From Takakia lepidozioides (Eukaryota > Plantae > Bryophyta): 64,000 nucleotides of DNA. How positions within the stretch are numbered: position 1 is the stretch's first letter; each line of letters begins with the position of its first letter. Location: the NCBI GenBank assembly GCA_030704615.1, contig CM060731.1:57288001-57352000 (forward strand). Reading direction: 5' to 3'. Of this stretch, positions 12,912 to 23,173 are shown piece after piece. The notes below the pieces were generated by a model, which did not search any database, had not been told where the DNA came from, and worked only from the letters and a program-made list of their open reading frames with translations. A program made the position numbers and the translations under genes.

Positions 12912-13475
12912 TCACGTTGTCAATGGGACTTCGACTGCTCTCAGAACTAGCTCATGAGTCATGGGGCTCCTCCATGTAAAGTCGATTGCAGCCGTTGTAC
13001 CGCCCCTAGTGATGTTCACCACAATGTCCTGCCCTTCAATCATACCACCATCGAATATGGAAATCTTCACGTTTTCGTCGTCCACACCAATGCGAATGTC
13101 CCCATACAATGGAGAAGAGGAGCGCACTCCTCGAGGAGAATAGGTCTCTCCGATGGAGTCCACCCACGTCCAGTGGCAGCAGTTCCACCGCAACAGCATA
13201 GCAGTGCGCCTTCTTCTGCATGGGTGACCGTCGTAGCTGGGAAAATCGGAATCGAGGATGCGCAGGAGCCACGGACTCCTCAGACCAAGATCGTCACCCC
13301 GCTCGAAGGCGTAGTGGCCTACGATATACTCAAAAGCCACCAATGTTTCCACAATCGAACCAGTATCTTCTGTGTAATCTGTGTACCAGATAACAATGTC
13401 TCCCGATGTGGCCGAATACATTGCATAATCGATGCCTCCAAATGGGCAGTCGTCCCGGTTCCGGAAGCACGGCAT
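12912..13475 (-). CDS. unknown ~187-aa protein, paralog of 14026-14604
   Basis: Intact ORF from MPCFRNRDDCP, colinear with its paralog (DYAM, SGDI, WVL/WLL, RWNCC.WT, YGDIR, DGG.I.G.DIVV, ELVLR..EVP). Confidence 0.75.
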   Translation of the reverse strand: MPCFRNRDDCPFGGIDYAMYSATSGDIVIWYTDYTEDTGSIVETLVAFEYIVGHYAFERGDDLGLRSPWLLRILDSDFPSYDGHPCRRRRTAMLLRWNCCHWTWVDSIGETYSPRGVRSSSPLYGDIRIGVDDENVKISIFDGGMIEGQDIVVNITRGGTTAAIDFTWRSPMTHELVLRAVEVPLTT

Positions 13476-14025
13476 CCTTGCAAAGGAGGACCTGAGGACG
13501 ACTTGGATGCCGATGACCTTGCGGACAGCTACGAAGCCCTTAGATTTTGGAAATGATGCGAAGCGGAAGAGCAGTCCGGCCTCCAATAATGGAGCATCTG
13601 GGTCACACGTACCCACCGACGGAGGTGGAACGTGTTCATCACGCCAGCGGTGGATGAACCCATACATCTTTCTCATCAACAAGTTATAGTTTGAGATCTG
13701 CCACCGAAGTCCATCCCCCCGGATGGAAATTCGGCGCCGCATTTACATCGAAGAGGGGATGGACTTCGTCGTGTCCAGTGGCTATCGGCCCACCTGGCAG
13801 TGACTGCCCATAGTTTGCATGGCAGGGTAGGAAACTGAAACGGCTACATTCATGCAGCAGCCAATCTTCATCGGTCCAGGATCCTGTAGGGGGGAAATTT
13901 AAATGTGCCCTGGAGTGTTTGTGAGGAATTGCAGCGTTAGCTTGAACTTTTTCCAGCCACCGCGCTGCTCCTCCTCCATCCGGGAGCTGCTGTCATTGAG
14001 CGTACTCCGCTACTCTTTTTCAAGG

Positions 14026-14604
14026 ATGTCGTGCCGCCGAAATCCAGCCGACTGCCCTTATCATGGCCACGATTATGCTATGTTCAAACCAGAATCAGGA
14101 GACATCATTGTCTGGCTCTCTGTTTTCACAGACGCTGCTGGAATCAAGCAAGAGTCTTTGCGCGCAATGGAGTATCTGGAGGGCTATTACCGCTTTGAGC
14201 GAGGTGAGGGCGAGGGTCAATGCGGTCCGTGGGTCCTGAAAATTGTTGACCTCGATATACCAAGCTGGAAAGGGATGCCGGACAGATCACGCACGGCCTC
14301 GCTTTGGCGCTGGAACTGCTGCCAGTGGACCAGGGAGGACGGCACCGGGGAAAACTATATACGTGCAGATCACTCCGCTCTTCCAGTGTATGGAGACATT
14401 CGGCTGAGTTGCGAAGACGAATCGCACGGGCACATGAGGCCCACAGTGACCTTGTCAATGTATGATGGTGGTATCATTGATGGACATGACATTGTCGTCG
14501 GCTCCAGCAAGGGCAGCAGAACGACCGAATTGCAGTTTACCTCGAGGTGCCGCAGCAGTGATGAGCTTGTTTTGAGGGGTATCGAAGTTCCGTCGACTTG
14601 GTGA
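14026..14604 (+). CDS. unknown ~192-aa protein, paralog of 12912-13475
   Basis: Intact ORF from MSCRRNPADCP, with the same start context CAAGGATG(T/C)CGTGC as its paralog. Confidence 0.75.
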   Translation: MSCRRNPADCPYHGHDYAMFKPESGDIIVWLSVFTDAAGIKQESLRAMEYLEGYYRFERGEGEGQCGPWVLKIVDLDIPSWKGMPDRSRTASLWRWNCCQWTREDGTGENYIRADHSALPVYGDIRLSCEDESHGHMRPTVTLSMYDGGIIDGHDIVVGSSKGSRTTELQFTSRCRSSDELVLRGIEVPSTW

Positions 14605-14861
14605 AGCCCATGTAGAAGGAGGAAGGGCTTAGTTTTGTCTGCAGTTGGTAAATGTGAGACATCGTGTCCGATCAATAAACCCATCGTACCTCACTTCTGT
14701 ATGATTGTGTTTCATTCTGTTGAATAACTGTCGGAATTGGCCCACTGTTTACAATTTGATGTCTCATTTCTACAATGTGTCTGTCCGGATGAATATAGCA
14801 GAGTAACCGGTATGTGAGTCATGTGTCAAGAATATACCAGAGTAACGCCATGTCGGACATT

Positions 14862-15560
14862 GAAATGCGGCACCGCATTTCCATGTGGGACAAGAAAATG
14901 CGGTGCATCATTTCCGTCCAGGTACACGAAATACCAACACGGGTCTATAAATTGGACAGAAAACGAGGTTGGCATTGCAAATGCGGCGACGCATTTCCAG
15001 CTTGGCAATGGAAACTTCTTTTTGGACAAGGGAATGCGGTGCCGCATTTCCGTACAACACTTCGAAAAGTGTGACATTTCCGACCAGCGCGATGGAATGC
15101 GTTACCGCATTTCCGAGAGAGGGTCTGCAAATGGACAAATTGCGATGTCCGTTCTGGAAATGCGGCGCCGCATTTCCATGTCCGTCATCGACTTTTTTTT
15201 ACAATGGAATGCGGTGCCAATTTTTGCTGATGGGCCTGCAGTTCGAACAACGACCATCCCCAATACTGAAATGCGGCACCGCATTTTCAATCCCGCCATC
15301 TCGACCTCCTTGTTCGACCTCCTTGTTCGACCTCTGTAAGCGTGGTGGCATCCATGCAATGAGCGGGAGAGGCCAAAACTGGCGTGTGGACAAAGGAAAT
15401 TTTGGAAATGCGGCACCGCATTTCCAATTCAGATTACTTTTTACTATGCCAACATTGAAATGGAAAATTTAGTCCCTCCCCTGTTTTGGAAATGCGGTGC
15501 CGCATTTCCAAAAGAGGTTCTTAGAGTTGCCAAAATTTTGGAAATGCGGTGCCCCATTTC
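14862..15560. repeat. array of 11 palindromes GAAATGCGGNNCCGCATTTC with unique spacers
   Basis: Read directly. Spacings 33, 83, 53, 63, 63, 49, 62, 137, 84 and 52 bp. Confidence 0.9.
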
Positions 15561-15697
15561 TGATTTTGGGAGCGTCGTGGTTTGGGCGATTGTGTGGCTG
15601 GAATGCACACTGGAGAGGGGTCACGAATGTCGGGCAGAATTTCCTTTATATACTCTGGAAGAGAATTTACATTTACAGAGACTTCATTAAAATTCTA

Positions 15698-18600
15698 TTA
15701 ATCTTGAAAATCATCCGAATCCTCATCCTGTTCTAGACTGTCCTGCTCCGCCTCCACCCCCTCAGTGCCTTTCTCATCTCCAGCGGACTGCTCGTTGGCC
15801 AGGCTTTCGAAAATCCCATCTTCCCCTTGCGGAACTGTCCATCTCACCTCCGTTGGGTCGTCTTCCTCCCTGTCTGCGTCGCTCTCATCCGCTGAATCAC
15901 ATATGTACTTTCGTACCCGTCTACCTGTCTGAGCTGCTGCCAACTCTTTCCTTATCCTTCTGTCCTCCCTAGCCCTCTCCAAAATCTGCTCTACTTTACT
16001 GGGATTCTCACTTCTTCTAATCGCTGTATTTGCGAGTTTAGCTGCATAACTAGGAAGGGAGTAGTCCCTCACCGGGCTCGTCATGAAGTCGGCCCTCGCA
16101 AAGAACGGGACATTCTTCCTGGCAGGAAGTGTAGGCCCTACATGTTTCGACCCGGACCCTGCAATCCTGCACATGACAATCATCAACGAGACTAATGAGA
16201 ACCACAGTCGGGAAATTCGTTTGACATAAATGACCCAGAAGGCTTTGCAAACTTACAATGTTTGCACTCACTCGTATTCCGGGTTCTCCTCCGCATCAAT
16301 GTCCACTGTGTCTTCCTCGGACTCCGACGAATCCGAGGAGACTTCCGCTCTGTCGGGAGCCTTCACATTCCGTTGCAGCCCTCCAGATGGGATCCCCACA
16401 CGGATGAATCCTCCTCGTAGGCAAAGAGGTGCCGGTCGGAAAACCGCCCAGCCCACATTGAGGCACCTGTTACAATGCCATCCACACATTACCACATGGC
16501 GCTTCAGATGTTGCGAACTACATCCTAACGAGAATTTGCAGAACAGCATAGATCAAGATTCTGCATACCTGTCCCACAGATGAGGTCGAGCACTGTGCCC
16601 TCCACGTCTGTGCATGTCTCCATAATTGTCTGAATGAAGGCAGGGCTCCGAGTCCGTGAGTACCGCAGGGGTTCCGTTGAAGTGAGGCTATGAGGGAGAA
16701 GTTCCTTGGGAACGTTGTTGAACAGAACGTCGTAATCGAGTGGGTCGCAGTTCGGGTCAACCTTTCCTCCCTCCTTCCGGAAAGCAAAGGTGGAGTTCTC
16801 CTTCACAAAGCAGTATGCATCGAACTGCTTCGTCTGCATACACAGGGGGAAAACGATTAGAAACCGAATGCGGCACCGCATTTGAAAACACCCAAGCAAA
16901 TGAATGGACGAGTGCCAGTGTCGTAATCACCTTCTTCCCTTCCGACCGAAGGCCCAGTGTGTTGATGCACGTCCACTTCTTTTTCAGAATCGGGACGGCG
17001 CTCTTGCGGGTCCACTTCGCAATTCCTGTCTGAGTGTTTTTTCCTCTGCTCGCCAGGACAACCACACAGCCTCTGTCGTCCAACACCATGCGGGCAAGCC
17101 CGAATCCTTTCTTCCAAAAGTCCTCCGAGTACCTGTTCCAAGATGGCAAAGCTTGCAGTCCTTCCACAGGCTCTCCGTCCGGAATATCCAAGATGATCAT
17201 ATCGCAAGACCACTCGGTGGCATTTCCGCCCCTCCTACAATCCTTGTCTGCACACACCCTCTCAAAGAACGAGACCATATTCTGAAATCCTGGGGTGTCG
17301 GAAGGCTCTTCGGCAGTCGCCTTCTTCAGTGCTCTGCCCTTCAGACCCTCCATGGTCTTCATGTATGCCAACTTGGCTGCCCGTCCATCCAAAGCCGCCA
17401 AGAAACTCTCATTTACACACTGGACTACTGTTTCGGGAGCCACTTTCGGCCTCTTCATTTCCACCGGCTCGAAAGGGTGCCCCCCTGGGGGGTTGAAGAG
17501 TGCCTTCTTTGCCGAGCCAGTTCTCGTGCCTCTCGTGACAACGGTGGGCACAGGGGAGGCAGCCTGCGTTTGGGGGGTGGGCTGGTTGCAAAGTCTCCAT
17601 CGGAGTCCTCTTCCTCACCCTCTTCCTGAACAGGCTGTTTCTGCTTCTTCGTTTTGGCGGGTGTCACAACAGCTGCTCCTTGCTGGCGAGTCCTCTTCTT
17701 CGACCCCTTCTGTTGGGCCTGCACAGCTGCATCCACCGTCTTTTGTGCCATCTCAGCTGCCTTTCTGGATTCTTCCAGAGCAGCAGATTCCTTTGCCGAC
17801 TTTGGCCCAGCAGGGACACGTCTTTCCTTTCTCTTCTCTTCTGCCAAGGCGTGCAGATCTTTCTCAGACTCGTCAACAATACCGCCAGACATGTCCAGGT
17901 ACCACGGGCATCCAACGAGATGCGCGGGATGCCATTGTTTCTGCATCTCGGGTGTGTAGACACAGCTTGGGCCCGCCACGGTCCAAGCCATGAAGAACGG
18001 GGGCTCTTGAGCCAGGGCCCCTGTCTGAAGGAGCACGTATTTCATATACCTGCAAGGCAGTCAGCATGCGTGAGCAAAAGTTGAGACCAACCTACTCGCA
18101 GAGTGCCACCGAAAACATAAAATGCGAATGCGGTGCCGCATTTCCGAGACAAACCTCGTAACCAGGCTTCGCATACAAGGGCAGCTGTGCTTCACCTGTA
18201 AACAATTCGCATTGCAGCTTTCCCCGCTCCCTCCTGATGTGTAAACTCCACGCTCCTTCTTGCTGTCTGTAGCTCTCTGGCGAAAAGGTTGTCCTTGTAC
18301 GCACATCTGAAACGTGTCACGTAGTCTTCCAATGTCTGTGTTCCATCCCATTTGACGTACAAGCCGAACGAATTTGTGTGCATTACGACTTGCTCCTTCG
18401 CATTCGACATTACCTGCGATTCCCAAATGCATTGTCACGTAGCAGTTCAGGGAATTCATGTCAGAAAAGCAAATCTGGGGAAGTACCTTGAATTACCTGG
18501 AACCACCAAGTCATACGGTTGAGCCACACATCCACTGCAGGGTCGGAAACTTCCGAGTGGAAAAGACCACATTGTCCTTATGCTCTCGGATGCATTCCAG

Positions 18601-20833
18601 ATCGACAGCCACCGTGTCTGCCATTTCCGATCCAATGTCAGGAGCTGGAAGAGAGTGGCTATTGCTAGGAAGGAACTTCAGTGCATTGAAACCTCACCTT
18701 CTCTTTCGCCTCCACACATGCCGTTGAGAGGTGATGCAGTTTCTCCAATTGCATGGTCGGCTGCATGGCCCGAGAATAGTGTTTTGCAATCTCGGGGATG
18801 AAGTCCTTTCCAAGTGCCGGATCTGCAATTGCCACCAGCTTCACAAGCTTTGACTTGTATTTGGTTCTGGACTTGACACCGGCTTCCTTCAAGTGCTCAG
18901 TCAATGACTGCAACGTTTTGACCTGCCCCTCACTTTCCATGAAGAAGCGTTTGGCATGGGCCAAATCCAGCTTGATGTTTGACTGCCAACAAAAACATGC
19001 AGAAGCGTTACATTCGATTCATGTGGAAACATTACTGAAAATTGGGGAAGGATGAGCAGAGGGAAATTGGAGACGACTTACTTCGTATATCACCTCCACC
19101 ATTCCATCCATAGTGAGACGATACCATGTCCGGTCTGTTTTTGCAACGGCTTTCTGAATGAGCTCGGGCTCCAGCATTTCCGCAAACATCTGCGGATCAG
19201 TGAGACCAGTTTTCCTCACCCTGTACAGCATATGTGCCATGTGGGTATGCACGTACGCATTCTCAGTGACCCTGCAAGGCACACTCTCCAGTTCAGTACA
19301 CGGAAGCACGGAAACAAACCAGAATGGAAACCGAAATGCGGCACCGCATTTCGAACGTGCTAGGGAGGGTATGAGTATCTTACGAGTTGAGGTCCGCCAT
19401 GGCATTCTTGAGCAGGGAGGAGTCTGCCGCCTTCACCTTGAGGATGACACACTCCACCATGTAATGCCAGCCAATGTGCTTGGCATGGTTCTGCTTGATG
19501 TACTCCCACCAGGCGAGAAGTCGGTGATTCCCGTCCCACACAAAGAACATTTTACCCGACATATGGCCGAAGTCTGGATCACCCTTCAGCGTCGCCTCGA
19601 ATTCGTCGTTGCGAGTGTGCCAGTGGGTATCCCACGTTGACAATTCATCGGCAGTGGGTCCACGAGTTTCGCCGTCCTCATTCTCAATGGAAACGTAAAA
19701 CGCTGCCGATCCCAGACGGTACCCTTCTCGAAATGCGAACTTGAGCTTATCCACATCTCCGGGAAGGGCCTGCCTGACGATGGGAAGGGAGACCATGCGA
19801 CAGAGTGGGATTCGAAGAGTCCGCTGGAATACCCTGCTGCCCAGAACTCTGCCAATGCTACTGTGTGTCTCCTCCAACATTTTATCCGCTGCACTTTTGA
19901 AATCCTCCGGAGACATGTCTGTAGGTGCCGGTAGTGGCTGAGCAGCTGGAGGCATCCTCAACTGGAGATGACTCTGGGGGCCTGTCTGCGGCAATTATGC
20001 CATTGCAGAGGCCTCCTCCGGGCCTGCTTGCTCATCGGTGGTGAGGTCTTGCTGCGAAACGTTGAGCGGCAGCACCCTCCTCCGGTACCAAATCGAGATC
20101 AACGGTCGATCCCATTGCCTTCGCTGCAGCAGAGTCGGCCCCAACATCTGCAGCGGGGGAAATCCTCCAGGAACTGAGCTTCAGCTCGTGGAAGCGGTTT
20201 TGCGGAGAGGGAGATTGTTCGCCCGTCGCCCTGATTGCCTTCTGCTTCCTCATCCTTGCTTGGGTGAAGGTGTCTGCTGCAATTGAATCTGTCTTCTACC
20301 CCCTGCTGCTTCATTCGCGTTGGGGGGGGTGAATCGGCCTGAGCCGGTTCAGAAGCCAGTAGAGGGACGGGCTGTGCTTCTTCTTCGACTTTGCTGGAGA
20401 ATGGCCCGACCCCTGCTGGCGATTCTCCATGATCGAAGAACGCGAGTCGATCTCTGGGACTTTGAACTTGCCCTTCGAAGAGCGTCTTTGAATCGCAGAG
20501 GGCTAGGCCCGGCAGGAATACCCGCGCTCGGGGATCGGGTGGGTGTACGTGCTGCAGCTAGCTCCTCGGACTCTTCCTGCGGCTCTTCGGATTCCTGCGA
20601 TCTCTCCAGCACGTCCACCTTTCCTGTTAGGCATGCAAACATGTTCTGCATTCAAGTCTCCTAGCATTCAGTCTAAGAATTACAGAAGCAAAATGGGGGG
20701 TTCGGTGCTCGATCAGCTGCGCGCAGCCCGATCGCATGGAGCTCTCACTGGTGGCTGGGTTGCCTGAGTGGCCTGCTGCTCGGAGATGGCAATCTCCTCC
20801 TGTAGACGCATCTGCTTCCTCCCCCTTCGGCAT
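15698..20833 (-). pseudogene. multi-exon ParB/Srx-like plus beta-class N4/N6 DNA methyltransferase-fold gene (copy A); start uncertain, several frameshifts
   Basis: ParB-like IPLCRM..VRQ...FFVWDGNHRLLAW (19380-19994). MTase motif IV region DMIILDIPDG..PSWN, then LDDRGCVVV, then motifs X-I-II RSPAFIQTIMETCTDVEGTVLDLICGTG|ASMWAGRFSDRHLFAYEED across a GT-AG intron at ~16467-16568. Confidence 0.8.
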
Positions 20834-21268
20834 TGGCCTACGTCCGAAGTAATTTCCGGAGCTTGCGACGAGGTCTCCTGTCTGGTGCACGAACTCCCCC
20901 CCTCTCAGGTTCGAGCATAAGAAGAACAGAGAGAGGGAAAAGGGGCAAAGAGTGCAGATGGAAAGGGCGCGAGAGGGGTGACTGAGGAGACACGACAAAA
21001 GTAGATGAAACGGCGGTGATGCACCACTTGCGTTCGAAAGGGTTGGAGGAAAGTGTCTCCTCGTGGAGTTTGCGTCATTACGAAATTCGAATCGTTCAGG
21101 GTACGCCTGCCGTCCGAAAAACAAACATCATTATCCAACGGTCAGGCCGCGCCGCCTCATGCCCCTTCAGTCAGATAGACTGCCGACATGTGCAGCAATT
21201 CCGTTGCTCCACGTGTTCACATTTCAATGTATTTCCGTCCCAGCGTCTGATGAGTTGGAGCGAAAATG

Positions 21269-22745
21269 CGAATGCGGCGCCGCATTTCCGTTAAGTACCA
21301 TCACGAAGCTACACATCCGTACTTGTTGGGAGAAAATGCGGCACCGCATTTCCGTTCCACCTTCAGATACCTTAGTTGTTGAACGGAAATACGGTGCCGC
21401 ATTTCCGTCCCACAGCTCCATGTATGAGATTCAGAAGGGAAATGCGGCGCCGCATTTCCGTTCTGGAATGTCGAAAGGTGCGATTGGGACGGGAATGAGG
21501 CACAACATTTCAGTTCCCGTGGTTCATGATTTTCAATGTGAACGGAAATGCGGTACCGCATTTCCGTTCCCCTTCACATACGTTAGTTGATGAAGAAATG
21601 CCGTGCCACATTTCCGTTCGGGAAAGTATATAGAGGTCTCAACTGGACAGAAATGCGGTGCCGAATTCCGGTCTGGAAAGTTTGAAGGTCTCACATGGAT
21701 GGAAATGCGGCAACACATTTCCGTCCACAGCTCCATGCCTCACATACAAAATGGAAATGCGGCGCGCATTTCCGTTTTGGAATGTCGGAAGGTGCGACTC
21801 CGAGAAATGCGGTACCGCATTTCAATTCCGATGTTTCATTATATTTCATCAGAACGGAAATGCGGTGCCGCATTTCCCTTTGAATCTAATACATTCCGTT
21901 CTGGAATGTGGGAGGTGCGACTCGGATGAAATGCGCTGCCGCATTTCAGTTCCGATGGTTCACGATTTTCAGTCAGAACGGAAATGCGGTACCGCACTTC
22001 CGTTCTGGAATGATGGTAGGTGCGACTCGGATGGAAATACGGTGCCGCATTTCAGTTCAGATGGTTCACGATTTTCAGTCAGAACGGAAATGCGGTGCCG
22101 CATTTCCGTTCTGGATAGTATGAGTGTCTCAAGCGGTCGGAATTGCGCTGTATGAAGCTGTCGGAATCGCACTCGGCTCCATGCATCAGATACAAAATGG
22201 AAATGCGGCGCCGCATTTCCGTTCTGGAATGTCGAAAGTGCGACTCGGACGGAAATGCGGTGCCGCATTTCTGTTCCCGTTGTTCATAATTCTCAATCAG
22301 AACGGAAATGCGGTACCGCATTTCCGTTCCACCTTCACATACCGTGCTTGTTGAATGAAAATGCGGTACCGCATTTCCGTTCTGGAGAGTATGAATGTCT
22401 TTTAAGGACGGAAATGTGGCAGCATTTCTATCCCTCAGCTCCATGCATCAGATACAAAATGGAAATGCGGCGCCGCTTTCCGTTCTGAAAGTCGGAAAAG
22501 TGCGACTCGGACGGAAATGCGGTGCCGCATTTCTGTTCCCGTTGTTCATAATCTCAATCAGAACGGAAATGCGGTACCGCATTTCCGTTCCACCTTCACA
22601 TACCGTGCTTGCTGGATGGAAATGCGTTACCGCATTTCCGTTCTGGAGAGTATAAAGGTTTCCCCCGGACGGAAACTCGGTGCCGCATTTCCGTCGCTCT
22701 GGTGCATGACCAAGATGCAATACGGAAATGCGGCGCCGTATTTCC
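21269..22745. repeat. array of ~28 palindromes (CG)GAAATGCGGNNCCGCATTTC(CG), modal period 53 bp, ~262-bp higher-order unit
   Basis: Counted by eye. Spacers recur every fifth unit (for example 22200-22461 vs 22462-22724). Confidence 0.95.
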
Positions 22746-23173
22746 GTCCACCAGCAATCGAAAGAATCACTCGGGACGGGAAATCTGGAACCTGAATGGG
22801 TTGCATTGTTCCGAAACAACACAATTGCGGCCAGTCTTGATGAGCACAACTTGGTTGTCTGACCGTTTTAACCAGCAGTCCTGGCACTTGTCAGTGCGAA
22901 CGTTCCTGTCTGCACCGAGAATACTGCTGGATCCACCCTCAGGAGAAACTGTCAGGAGATGTTATTTCGTCGCCGAATCGGCCATCATTGTCATACTCAC
23001 TGGCTATGGAATCAAACCTCCCACCTTCATGCATGTAGCTTGAAACAATACTTTCCACTTCAATGTGCGACTTCCAATCGTCGATGGACTCCGCAGATCA
23101 CTTAGATGGTGCCTGTGAGCCTTGGTCTGTCGCTATACTGAACCTCGCACTTGCCAACTCCGTGCGGTGTTCG

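Noticed and set aside
14814-15736. Overlapping ORFs with MRRRIS/KCGAAF/NAAPHF repeats (also 21016-23043)
   Set aside because: These are translation artefacts of the stop-poor palindromes.
15698-20833. Prophage or bacterial contamination explaining the ParB-MTase
   Set aside because: The gene has GT-AG introns, sits within TIR/TSD ends inside a plant retroelement, and has several diverged copies in the window.
21269-22745. CRISPR array
   Set aside because: Spacers recur in a higher-order repeat, there are no cas genes or leader, the same motif is dispersed in introns, and the context is a eukaryotic transposon.
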